From positions 288,001 through 352,000 of the forward strand of contig CAWIIQ010000003.1 in assembly GCA_963836185.1 (NCBI GenBank): a stretch of 64,000 nt of DNA, given 5' to 3'. Shown here piece by piece: positions 10,800 to 22,296 of the stretch. The position numbers and the translations under genes were made by a program. The stretch comes from Candidatus Krumholzibacteriia bacterium. Lineage in GTDB: Bacteria; Krumholzibacteriota; Krumholzibacteriia; Krumholzibacteriales; Krumholzibacteriaceae. Within the stretch, counting starts at the first letter, position 1; each line of letters starts with the position of its first letter. The notes below the pieces were generated by a model, which worked only from the letters and a program-made list of their open reading frames with translations, was not told where the DNA came from and ran no database searches.

Positions 10800-12227
10800 C
10801 TATCTCAGAAGCACCATCCTCTTTGAAGCCATTCCAGTCTCCGTCTTTAGGACGTAGAGGTAGACCCCGGTGGCGGCCGTGGTGCCGTTATTCGTCTTTC
10901 CGTTCCACGTGACCTCGTGGGCCCCTTCACCGAGATGTCCACTGAAGAGGTCCGCTACGAGCCTTCCGGAAACATCGTAGACGCGCAGGTCCACCGTTCC
11001 GGCCTTATCGAGCTCGAAGTCGATACGTGTCGTCGGGTTGAACGGGTTCGGAACGTTCTGGTGAAGGGTAAAGCCCTGCGTTCCCGGCATCGGATCTGCG
11101 TCGGTTGCGGTATCGACCTTATAGAGCGAAACATCGTCCACGAATGCCGCTCCATCTGCCTAGTGTGGGCTGCATGAACAGGATGTAGGATCTTACGTAA
11201 GCCGTGTTCGTCGGCGCGACGCCGGTCAGATCGTAGTGCGCCCAGGTCCCCATCGGAGAAGAGGCGTCAAGGACCGTTGAGGCGACTTCGTCGATCACGA
11301 GAGTGTCGCTGTCGTAGAATATGAGCTTCGCCTGGATGTAGTTGTCGTTCGCTCCCTCGATCGGATTCTCCCGGCAGGTAGTCAGGGTGTTGATCCCGAA
11401 GATCCAGATATCGCTTTCGCTTGCAGGAAACATCTGGTACATCCCCGAAGCCGAGCCTTCCACGTAGGTCCCGAAGAGTTTGGCGCATCCGGTCGGCGTG
11501 CGGATCGCCCAGGAACGGGTTTCGTAATATGCGTTGCCGAAATACTCCCAGCCGAGAAGATCGGTGTCGAAGCTGGGATTAGCAAGAACGTTGGTTGCAA
11601 CTTCCGGCGTCTGCTCGAACAGGTAGAGGTCATCGATGTAGACAGATCCCGTATCGCAGGCCGGCTGCAGGAAGAGGATCAGCGCCTCTCCACGTAGCGC
11701 CCCGGGCGGCGCGATGGCCGACACGGAGAATCCGTTCCACTCATCAAGAGGTGTAGTGGAGTAGTCGCCGATCACTATTTCGTTCCCCGAGATCTCGGAT
11801 CCCCCGACTGCGGCGTTGAAGAATACTACCTTCATAACGCAGCGGTTGAAGTCGCAGTTGTTCGTTCCGGGGATCGCGTCCTCGCTCGATACGAACGAGT
11901 ATCCGCCGAACTCGTAGATCTGCCCTGCGACAGGTGCGTGAATGTCTGCCCGTATCCGCCGACGTCGAATGCCGAACCGCCTATATCGCACAGCGAGAAT
12001 TCGCCGTAGATCTTCGAAGCGGCGTCGCCCGTCCGCATGATGTTGTCGTCCGCGGCCGTGGAGATGTTCGGACCGCTTCCGAACGTGAACCAGCCGTCGT
12101 ACGACCCGCTGAGATCCTCGAAGCCCGGGTTGGCCAGCATGTTCTGGGCGAGAGACTGCGAGCCGATGGCCGAAATGGCCAGAAGTCCCGCGACCAGAAG
12201 TACCGTGATCATTGTTCGCCTCATCAT
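10800..12227 (-). CDS. Secreted protein with tandem CBM-like (galactose-binding fold) modules and a FlgD/T9SS-like C-terminal domain; frameshifts near 11940 and 11160
   Basis: Signal peptide; repeated NxLxNPxF module starts, each ending in xDD; tail QNVPNPFNPTT...KRMVLLR. Confidence 0.7.
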
Positions 12228-12290
12228 CTGCCTCCTCTTGTGATGAGATTGTTGTTTCGAACGATTTGCGGAATGTCCGCCATTTTCATC

Positions 12291-13886
12291 CTATCTGAGA
12301 AGAACCATCTTCCTTGTTTCTGCGAAATCTCCTGAACGGAGACGATAGAAGTATACGCCGGAAGAGACCGGCCTGCTGCTGTCGTCGAGACCGTTCCATG
12401 CGATCTCATGTGCACCGGTCGGGACGAAACCACTGGCAAGCACACGGACCCTTCTCCCCGCTACATCAAAAACAGTCAGTTCTGTATGGCCCCCCTTCTC
12501 AAGCGAGTATCTTATCGTCGTATTTGGATTAAACGGATTCGGGAAGGCTGACGACAGGCTGTAGGCCGGGGTCGCAGGCGGCTGCGTGTCTGTCGTGACG
12601 CCCTCGGGATAAAAGGCGAACCTGTCGATCACCACTTCCTGGTCGGAAGAAACCGGATCGGCCAGTTTCCAGAGGTTGATATGGACCCTTGGCTGCTCGG
12701 GCCTCGGGATATGCGGCCCGTAATATGTCCATTCGTGTATCATGTTCTGAGGCGATTCGTCGTGCGGCCCTCCGCGCCAGGCCCTGAACTCGACCCGGTC
12801 GCTGAGCCACCTGAACGCGTGGCTCACAAGCTCGCCCTCGGAAAATGTGTAGTCGAACCTGTCGATGTTCCCCTCATAGTCCCAGGGCTGCGCGACGAAC
12901 TGTCCGACACTGTTGCCGGGATCGCCCCACTTGCTGTACTCGATGTCGATCTCGTTGTAGGCGCCCCACCACCAGTATTCTTCGCTCCAGCACGATCCGT
13001 ATTCCCAGAGAAACATGCCGAGCACGATGTTGTGGTGGAGCTCGTCGAGCCTGCCGACTGTGGTGAAGATGTAGTCCCCGTATCCGAGCGCCTCCTCCGG
13101 GACGACCTCGGAACAGTACCAGGTGCCGCCGACGTCTCTTGCCGTGACATGGAGCCGCTCCTCGGCGTCGATCCAGACGGATGAGGGAGAGTCACTGAAA
13201 TAGTTATAGCCCGGGCCGTACCATCCCGGCCCCTTGACCCGCCAGGTCCTGCCGCTGAACTCGATCGTCCTTCCGCCGGGGAAGTCGTTCCACTGCTTGT
13301 CGTACTGCGAAGGAGGGCCGACGTTATAGAAGGTCGCCTGGTCGTAGTATACATCGGGGGGAGGATCGGTCGGGCTCTGCAGCACGCCCAGCATGAAATG
13401 CGTCCCGGCCGTTCCCGACGGGGCCGGCCCGCTCGTCACCGAGATCTTCTGAACCTCGCCGCGCACAGTGGAGGGAAGAATGATCTCGTGGGATTCGTAG
13501 CTTATGAGGTTATGCCACTCGTCGCGCCACTCGATGTTGAGGATCCCCCTGCTGCCGCCGGTGACCGGGTTCGTCGATGTGTGCCACGCGTCTACCGTTG
13601 CCGTCCACTGCTCGCCGGGAGCCGTATCGAACCTCTGCCAGTATGCCGATACGTCCCAGCCGCCGATGTCTGCCCCGCTGACCACCGCCGAATAGTATCC
13701 GTGGGTGGCGCTGGAGGATATCCCTGTCGAGCCGAACTGGAACCAGCCGGCAAAGTTATATGCTCCGGAGTCCTCGAACTCGAAACTGGGATTGGTCAGG
13801 ATGCACTGGGCCGATGAGTCCCGCGGTACGGAGGCTCCGAACAGAACAATACATAGAAGCAGGCAGATTCCCCGTTGATGCGACAA
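12291..13886 (-). CDS. Secreted GH16-like glycoside hydrolase with N-terminal CBM-like module and FlgD-like tail
   Basis: TTG start after AGGAG; ILTNPSF module; catalytic-like NEIDIEYSKWG (ExDxE); VHINLW; PNPFNP...RKMVLLR. Confidence 0.72.
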   Translation of the reverse strand: MSHQRGICLLLCIVLFGASVPRDSSAQCILTNPSFEFEDSGAYNFAGWFQFGSTGISSSATHGYYSAVVSGADIGGWDVSAYWQRFDTAPGEQWTATVDAWHTSTNPVTGGSRGILNIEWRDEWHNLISYESHEIILPSTVRGEVQKISVTSGPAPSGTAGTHFMLGVLQSPTDPPPDVYYDQATFYNVGPPSQYDKQWNDFPGGRTIEFSGRTWRVKGPGWYGPGYNYFSDSPSSVWIDAEERLHVTARDVGGTWYCSEVVPEEALGYGDYIFTTVGRLDELHHNIVLGMFLWEYGSCWSEEYWWWGAYNEIDIEYSKWGDPGNSVGQFVAQPWDYEGNIDRFDYTFSEGELVSHAFRWLSDRVEFRAWRGGPHDESPQNMIHEWTYYGPHIPRPEQPRVHINLWKLADPVSSDQEVVIDRFAFYPEGVTTDTQPPATPAYSLSSAFPNPFNPNTTIRYSLEKGGHTELTVFDVAGRRVRVLASGFVPTGAHEIAWNGLDDSSRPVSSGVYFYRLRSGDFAETRKMVLLR

Positions 13887-14015
13887 TTTCGCTCCTGTCA
13901 CTTCTGAACGGCTTGATGGTGCTTGCGCCGGCTCGGGCAGGCGGGCGCAAGCCCGAAGTGCCGGACTGACTGATAGCATAATACCATAAATCCGGGTGCA
14001 AGACAATGGACTTGA

Positions 14016-14027
14016 TTGTAATCATTA
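14016..14027. promoter_or_regulatory. Candidate operator TTGTAATCATTA (copy 1)
   Basis: An identical 12-mer occurs at 21349-21360; both copies lie in divergent intergenic regions of the glucan locus. Confidence 0.45.
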
Positions 14028-14234
14028 TCAGTTAATCACGCTTGACAGGTACAGGAGCTTCTGTCATTTTTCTTCCAGTAGCATATTGTCCGCTCGTACT
14101 TTCCGTGCCGCATTGCGGCCTGCATGTATAATGATGGCGCGATAAATCAGCGACTGATTATTTTCAAATGGATTATTAACTATACTCTGCAGTGGTCGAA
14201 GACACCGGTAGACATCCTTGAAAAGGAGAATTCC

Positions 14235-17200
14235 TTGAACGCACTGGTCAGAAGCAAAACGATAGTCAATCCTGGTACTGTCGGCGGCGGTCATCATCGC
14301 CGCCAATACTCCCGCATCCGCCCAGGTCGAACCTGAAGTGGTAGCCGTCAACAGCCCGGACGGCTCGAGACTCCTGGTCGACGGCCGGGACTTCATGATC
14401 TTCGGGATGAACTGGGGGTATATCCCGATCGGGGAGAACTATCTCTACAGCCTCTGGGCCCAGCCCGAGGACTTTATCCGGGAGGTCCTCGACCGGGACA
14501 TGCCGATGCTGAGGGACATGGGCGTAAACGTCATCCGCCAGTATGTGGGGATCCCGCCGAAGTGGGTAGAGTACATCTACAAAAACTACGGCATCTACAC
14601 AGTCGTGAACCACGCTATGGGCCGATACGGATTCACGATAGACGGCGTCTGGCACCCTTCGGTCGACTATTCCGACCCGAAGATGCGCAAGGCTATCACC
14701 GACGAGATCGTCGCGATGGTGGAGGGCTTCAAGGATACGCCGGGGATGCTCTTCTGGCTCCTCGGAAACGAGAACAACTACGGCCTTCACTGGTCCTCGT
14801 CCGAAGTCGAGGCACTTCCCGAGGGTCAGCGCGACGAGGCGAGGGCCCGCTACCTGTACACCCTGTACAGTGATGTCACCGACGCCGTAAAGGCGGCCGA
14901 TCCGCACCACCTCGTGGCTATCGCCAACGGCGACCTTCAGTACATCGACATAATCGCCGAGGAGTGCAGGAACCTCGACATCTTCGGCACGAACGTCTAC
15001 AGGGGGATCTCGGCACGCGATCTCTACAGCGAGGTAAAGAAGAAGCTCGGGATCCCGGTGATGTTCACAGAGTTCGGCGCCGACGCGTGGGATGCGAAGA
15101 ACCAGCGCGAGGACCAGCTTACGCAGGCGAAGTTCCTTATCGGACAGTGGGAGGAGATATACGAGCAGTCGTACGGCAAGGGCCGTGAGGGCAACGCTAC
15201 CGGAGGTATGATTTTCCAGTGGACCGACGGCTGGTGGAAGTTCGGGCAGGAAAGCCGCCTCGACTTCCACGACACGAACGCATCCTGGCCGAACGCCGGC
15301 TACCCCGATTTCGTCGAGGGACAGAACAACATGAACGAGGAGTGGTGGGGCATCGCCGCCAAGGGCTACCCCGACCAGAGGGGCCTTTTCGAGACGTATC
15401 CGAGGGCAGCGTACTACGCCCTGATGAAGGCCTTCACACTCGACCCGTTCGCGCCTGACACAGACCTGAAGGCTATCCGGGAGCATTTCGGAGCGATATC
15501 GCCGATCACCTTCATGATCGAGGCGAGGGCCGACCATAACGCGATGGTCGTCGAGAAGGTCGAGAAGATCAGGGTCTCGAACATGAGGATGGAGTTCGAG
15601 ACGTACAGCACCGGCGGAACGAACATAAGCACTCCCAAAGTCGGAGGAGCCTCAGCCCACGCTTCCCTCCTACCTGGGATTCGATCATCAGCAGTCTTTC
15701 TACACCGATTTCGAGGTGAAGCCGGCGCAGAACTTCACCGGCACACTCTCGCTCAACATCCTCGGCAACGTCGCGGGTCAACCCGGTAGACGAGATCTTC
15801 TACGAGAACCGCGGCAGGCGTCAGACAATCACTGATATCCGAGGGACGATACCGATCCGCCTCGACGGCATCGAGCGCGTCAAGGTCTACGGGGCCTCGG
15901 TGACCTGGGACGAGCCCTGGTTCCGCCTCGACGGGTACTACCGCGTCGGTCATACCCACTGGGGATACGAGGGAGATCTCTTCGGGATATACAGGGACGC
16001 CTTCTACGGCGAGAACCTGAACATCTACAACGCGCGACGCTCCGATCGGCGTCGAGATGACGCTGAAAAAGCAGCTCGATGGGCTCAAGATCGCCTTCGG
16101 CCCGCAGATGTGGTGGGGAGCAAACCCCGGCGATCATCTTCAAGTACTCGAGAAATGTCGGCAGAACGACCATCACGGGCCTGTTCCAGGAGGAATTCGC
16201 GAGGCAGGCTGATATAACGACCTCTTTCGTGGTCCCGCTGGCGCCAACACGCAGGGCCACTCTCGGCGTCAAGTCCAGCTGGCGAGGGCTCGGTTTCGAG
16301 GTCGGCGGTATCTGGTCAGGCTCGACCAAAGAAGACGAGTGGTTCCAGGTCGTACGTGAAGAAGGAGGCGCCGTCCAGATCTACGACGACCAGGTCAAGG
16401 CGAGCGATGCCCTTGGCGCAAAAGCAAGACTCACCTTCCAGCGCGGGAGGTGGAACTGGTACGCCGAGGGTGCCGTCCAGGGCCTCGTGGCGGATGGAGG
16501 GCCGGTCGCGATCCAGAACTTCACAGGCTGGAAGCTGAAGAACACAGGCTGGTACAACAACCAGGTCGTCGTATCGGGCCTGGCAGTGAACTTCGGCAAT
16601 TTCCAGCTCGGCCCGAACTTTCTCTGGCAGAAGCCGATAGAGGGACCGATACCGGGAGACGTGCCGCCCCCCGGGCGCCCGAGAAACGTCGTAGACGATC
16701 CCTTCGCTGTCCGCTACCAGAGGGAGATGACGGCAGGCGAGATCATTCTGACACACGATCCGACGCCGGCGACATGGATGTGGGCGTGGGACAATGACAT
16801 CCGTGAGGACGCCAGGCTGGCGTGGGCCCTCGGTTACGTCTACAGGCACATGCCGACGACGATGGATGCCTCGATAGGCGTCCTGGAGGATGGATACACA
16901 TTCTTCGCCTTCCCCGGCGCGACTCCTGCCCGAAACCTGTGGGAGGTATGGGGACGCACCGCGTCGAGGCTGTCTGCGAAGACCCGCCTCGATCACCCAC
17001 GTTCTTGTCGGAACTGCCGAGCCGCGCGGCGACGACCCGAGGCTCGTCGAGCGGTTCAGCGTCGATGCCAGGCTCACATCGGGCCCGTGGGCATTCGGGA
17101 CATTCGTGAAGGTCAACGACTTCGGCCCTTATGACTATCACCACGACTTCAACCAGACCTATCCGCTGCACCTGATGGGAGACCTCTCGTTCGCGCTCGG

Positions 17201-17384
17201 TGCGCCGAGATGGTTCGGATTCCCGCAGACGCGCATCGGGGTCAGGGGGCTGTGGAGGTCGCTCGACGAGTACTCGAACAGGTACTGTCCGGGGTATGAC
17301 GGATTCGGGGCGTGTGATCCCACGCTGCCGGGTGACGACGGAACGGAGTGGGAGATCCGGACCTACATGCACATCTCTCTGTAG
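14235..17384 (+). CDS. Clan GH-A (GH2/GH157/GH158-like) TIM-barrel glycosidase fused to a C-terminal beta-rich, probably outer-membrane barrel domain; several frameshifts
   Basis: RBS AAGGAG plus TTG and a signal peptide; GVNVIRQY, acid/base WLLGNENNY, nucleophile FTEFGAD and NEEWWG. About 600 aa of aromatic alternating strands end in EWEIRTYMHISL. Confidence 0.72.
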
Positions 17385-17413
17385 GGCGATGGAGCCGCGG
17401 ATCCTGAGAGCCG

Positions 17414-19212
17414 TTACCTGACCAGTACCATCGTCCTGGTCGCCGAACCTGCGCCGGATCTCGAGCCGGTAGTAGTAGACCCCGGAGCCGACACCGGTCC
17501 CGTGGTCGTTGCGGCCGTTCCAGTGCAGCGTGTTTATCCCTGCCGCCCCGATCCCGCTGAACCCGGTGACCCGGCGTCCGGCTACATCGTAGATCGTGAG
17601 GGTATAGGTCCCCGCCGCGGGCAGATCGAAACGGATCTCGGTCATCGCATTGAAGGGATTCGGGACGTTGGACAGGAGCTGGAGTCTCCGTCCGTCGGCG
17701 AGCCCGCCCTCTTCGACTCCGGTAGTGATACCGTCATCCCAGTAGATATCGTCCAGTGCGAATTCACAGGCCGCTCCGTGCTCTTCCAGAATGACGAAGG
17801 CATAGCTCAGCATCCGCAGATCGATGGCGAGCCCCCGTATGTCGATGACGGGGATCGAGGCCTGGCCCCATTCGCCGTCGCGAACCAGTCCGTAAGTCGT
17901 CGTATAGGCCGGAAACTCGACGTACTGCTGATTGCCCCATGCATCGATGATCCCGATCTTGAACGTGACGTATCGCGGGTATCTTGATCCGGAACTTCAG
18001 ATGCCCCTCGCCGAAGTCGAACAGGTTAAGCGGCTGCATCGACATGATGCCGGCGCCGAACCAGCCCAGGCCGGCCGTCTGCCACGACAGCACATTGTCG
18101 CCCTCGTACGGGGGGATGGATCCGTCGATGAGGGTCCCTTCCCACACGTAGATCTCCGATGAGACCTCGGCCTCAAGCTCGCCGTTGACAGGCGTCTCAT
18201 CAGTGTAGATACCGAACTTGCCGCTCTCGAATTCCGGCGGCCCGAGGTGGACCTCGCCCTGGCCGTTCCACTCGTAGACCCTGATGTAGTCGATGTACAT
18301 CTCCGCGGGAAAGGGCATCGAAACTGCGGCGCCGCTTCCGGGATCACCGAGATTGTAAGCATCGGTGAAGACCCCGCCGATGGCGAGGTTCGCGATGAGA
18401 TAGAAGGGTTTCGTGAATTCGTCCGAGACCTCGGTGATCTCCAGCGGGTATGCGTAAAGGTCGTATTCTACGCCGTCGTCGATGACGGTAAATCTCAGGC
18501 TGTCTTCGTCCCAGTATGTACGGTAGATCAGGAAGCGTTCGGTAAGGCCGGGGGAATAGTTGTAGTAAGGGCGGCAGTAGTCGTCATCCGGATCCCACGA
18601 GATGCTTGCCGCGCCGGTAGGATTCTCCGGTGAGACCGCGTCGTCGGAATAGAAGATCGCGTTGGCGCCCACAGCCTCATTTACAGTCGAGTTGTCCAGC
18701 CCGTTGCCGCCATTGTGCCCGTCGTGCAGGTTCCTGAATGACTGCGTTGCCCCCATCTCCATCAGGTCCATCTCACCGCAACGGGGCCACGCGTAATTGG
18801 CGTTGCCGAGGAGCCAGACCGCGGGCCAGCCGCCCAGGTCGATGTCGGGGATCCTCACCCTGGTCTCGATCATGCCGTACCTGATCGTGACAAACGACTT
18901 GGACATCACCCTGCCTGATGTGTAGTTCAGCGGATTTCCCCACTGGTCGACGATGCCAGGGCCGCTCTCCTGCCGGGCGGTGATGCGCAGGGCCATGTTT
19001 CCGGTCTCGCCGGGGATCTCGGCGATATCGACGTTGTTCTCTGCGTAGAACTCCAGCTCGCCGTTTCCCCAGCCCCAGCCCCCGTTACCGGTGAGCTTGA
19101 TCCAGTTGTCCAGGTTGTTGAAATCATCTTCCCAGACCAGGGTGCCGATCTGTGCGTGCGCCACATTCCCGGCCAGCAGTATTGCCACGATCAATACGAT
19201 GATCATTCTCAC
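17414..19212 (-). CDS. Secreted GH16 laminarinase (GH16_3-like) with CBM-like domain and FlgD-like tail; frameshifts near 17975 and 17450
   Basis: WGWGNGELEFY, YTSGR, WPAVWLLG, WPRCGEMDLME (ExDxxE), NLAIGG and PNPFN tail. Confidence 0.88.
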
Positions 19213-19227
19213 GTGTTGTTCTCCTCT

Positions 19228-21131
19228 TTACCTGGCCAGAATCATCTTTTTAGTCTCTGAGTATCCGTCTGCGTCGAGCCTGTAAAAATAGACGCCGGCC
19301 GCGACGACCAGTCCCGCCTGATCGCGCCCTTTCCAGGCGATCTCGTGATGACCGGCGGGAGTCGATTCCGCGGAAACCAGCTTCTGCACAAGTTTGCCGG
19401 CCACATCATAGATGGCCAGGTTGACGGTCGCCGGAACCTGCAGGTCATAACTTATCGTCGTCACCGGATTGAAGGGGTTGGGATAACAGGGATGCAGTAT
19501 TACCCCGGGTGTCCGGGCGCCGGGCGTGGCGCCGGTCGACACCCACAGGACTTCAAAGTAATTGACGTTGAATCCCTCCGCGGTCGGCACAAATCTCATC
19601 GTCTGTGTGCCGGCGGTGAGTGTCGATGTCACCGAGACGGTCGTCCATGTCTGCCATCCGGTCGTGACAGGCACGATGACCTCGCCGGTCTCATCTATGC
19701 CGTTGAACTCCACATGGAATGTGCCTCCGGAGGAAAGTGAGGCTACGCGCTTGCTTCTATCACGTAATCTCCGTCTGGCGGGAACAGTCACGGTGTATTC
19801 GAGCCATTCGCTCTGGTTCAGCCACCCGACGTTGTATCCGCCGCCGGTGTCGGTACATTCCTCGATGTCGACATCATCGGAGCGGTACTGTGAGCCATTG
19901 TTGCCCGCGTCCGTATCGTGGTATGCGACGTTTTCTCCTCCGGCATCGTAATCTTCCGCTTCTATCCTTGCCGGAAAGACAAACGCGCTTCCGAGGAAGG
20001 GCGCCTGCCCGCAACCTGTCCCGACGGTGATATCGACAGAGGCCGTTTCGACTGCCGCCGAGGTCATCGATCGCTCTGGCGACTATCTCGTAACATCCGT
20101 CAGGGACGGAGGCCCAGGTGAAGGAGTACGGCGCCGTCGTGTCTTCTCCCAGATAGGCATAGCCATTATAAAACTCGACGGTCGCGATAGAGCCGTCCGT
20201 ATCGGAAGCGGTCGCGTCGATCGTGATGTCTCCCGCGGGAAGGGTGCTGCCTGAGACGGGCGATGTTATGGAAACAGTGGGTGCGGCGTTCGGTATATCT
20301 TCGTATACCCGTGACGTAGTCGACCAGGAACTGCTGTGGAAGCGTCGCAGTAATGCAGCCCGGGTTCGTGCAGCCGGTGTAGTTGCCGCCTATAGCGGCG
20401 TTTAATATGATGTAGAAATCCTGGTCGAAGGGGGCCTGCGGGTTGCCGGGCGCCGCGTCGGTATACCACTGCGCGCTGGTCCTTGTATAAAAGAGGACGC
20501 CATCGACATACCAGCGCATCTCGTCGGGCTCCCATTCGATGGCATAGATGTGGAAGTCATCGGCGAAACTCGCTCCGCCGAGAGAATATGATCCGCCCGA
20601 ATAAGTATTGCTCGGGATAAGCGCCGCCGTAATGGATCGTTCCGCCGACAGACGTCATCTCGTTCGCCGATTCCATGATATCGATCTCACCGCTCGCGGC
20701 CCATCCTCCATAGACGTCATCCTGGGGCATCATCCAGAACGCGGGCCACATTCCGCCTCCGACCGGCAATCTGGCCCTCATCTCGATCTTTCCGTAGAGG
20801 AAGGTGTGCTTGTTTCTCGTGGTGACCTTGCCCGATGTATAGCTGCGGCCTCCGTATGATTCCGCGAGGGTCGTGATGACGAGGTTCCCGCCTGAAACGG
20901 ACAGGTTCTCGGCCCGGTAATACTGGAGCTCGTTATTGCCCCACCCGCACAGGCTCGGGCACCCGTCGCCGATATCGGGGGTCCACCTGGTGAGGTCGAG
21001 GCTGGATCCGTTGAACTCGTCCGACCAGACGAGTGAAAAGGTGGCGCTGGCGGGAGTGATCAGACCCGGTGGTTATAATGATTCCAAATACCAGAAGGCC
21101 TGATTGATGCGGCAGTTGATGTCTTCGTCAT
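19228..21131 (-). CDS. Secreted GH16 laminarinase with Ig-like domain, CBM6 and FlgD-like tail; several frameshifts
   Basis: GWGNNELQYY, WPAFWMMP, WAASGEIDIME and NAAIGG; CBM6 motifs IEAEDYD...GYNVGW...TGWQTW...NVNYF; PNPFNP...KKMILAR. Confidence 0.85.
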
Positions 21132-21348
21132 TCAATGTCCTCCTGGACCTGCTGTACGATTGAGGATAGGGGGCGGCAGAACACAGCTTCGTTCTGCCAG
21201 GGCAGAAAAGCGCGTCGCTATTATTCTGTCTAACCTTATGTGGTATTTATAATAACATACCGGGCGGGAATCCGCAACGCCGGGAAGCGCTGCACCGGCA
21301 CGAAATCCGGGATCGCAGTCCGGCAGGAAAGCATTCATTTTTTTAAAC

Positions 21349-21378
21349 TTGTAATCATTACTAAAATCGTGTTATAAT
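21349..21378 (+). promoter_or_regulatory. Sigma-70 promoter with overlapping operator (copy 2 of TTGTAATCATTA)
   Basis: TTGTAA, an 18 bp spacer, then extended -10 TGtTATAAT. The near-palindrome GTAAT-C-ATTAC overlaps the -35. Confidence 0.55.
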
Positions 21379-21485
21379 ACGTCCGGATGTGCACTTAATC
21401 AGTACTCTTAAACATCGGAAAGAGCATAGGACAGCCCTGAGGATCCACGAGCTTCCGATGATGCCCTCAAGCAAGGAGAATGGAT

Positions 21486-22185
21486 ATGAGGAAACTTGCT
21501 ATCGCTGCATTTCTCCCATTACTGCTCGTAGTCATGGGGATGGGGACTGCCCAGGCCCAGACCCACGTTACGGTCGATCCCGCCGAAATGATATTCGGGT
21601 ACATGAACGTGTATAATCTTCCTGCCCCCGATGGGGACGGATCATTCCAGTTCGACAGCGGATGGGGACTTGCCCGACCTGACAGCCGTTTTTGCAGGTG
21701 GCGAGGTTACCCTCGGCCCGAACTCGATCGGCGATATCAACGAGTACTGGTATCAGTGCGTCGGCGATTCAGTTCCGCCCAACTGCGGCGGCCCCGGGGC
21801 GCCCGGCAACAAGATCATGGAAGCCAACTGTTATGCGCAGGTGGATGGGGGTCTGGCGGGCCAGACAGTGGTCTTCAGCGGGATCGTACAGTCCACCGAC
21901 CTGACCGATGCGCACGTTGTCATCGCGTTCATCAAGGACTTTGCCCCTGACTTCTCATCGTTCGTTCAGGAATATGTAGTCCTTGATGCGGTCGGACCGT
22001 TCAGCATCAGCCTCGATACTGTCAACGATGGTGCGCGCCACGTGCAGTACGGATTCCAGATGACCGGCGTAAACGTATGGGTCACCGATGTCGAGCCGTT
22101 CGGATCGATCACGATCGGACCGTTCAACCCTGTCGGAACTGAAAACTCGACCTGGGGTGGCATAAAGTCGCTTCTGAGCGAGTAG
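21486..22185 (+). CDS. Secreted hypothetical protein with C-terminal TWGxxKxL motif (frameshift near 21670)
   Basis: Signal peptide MRKLAIAAFLPLLL...AQA; ends VGTENSTWGGIKSLLSE. Confidence 0.7.
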
Positions 22186-22233
22186 GAACTTACATACCAC
22201 TGGATTTCCAGTGGGTAATATCGCACATCCAGA

Positions 22234-22265
22234 AATCGGCCCTCTCGCTTCGAGGGGGCCGATTC
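22234..22265. terminator. Intrinsic terminator, probably bidirectional
   Basis: aatcggccctctcg-ctt-cgagggggccgatt hairpin between convergent genes. Confidence 0.75.
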
Positions 22266-22296
22266 TTCATTGAATGACTGTTGAACTGGTCCCGGG

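Noticed and set aside
21413-21460. CATCGGAA/TTCCGATG inverted repeat in a 5' leader as a riboswitch
   Set aside because: Only an 8 bp stem with no recognisable aptamer consensus.
21966-22296. GH17 ORF read-through overlapping the convergent gene
   Set aside because: Caused by frameshifts; the GH17 C-terminus (EKHWG...) ends at 22297, before the terminator.
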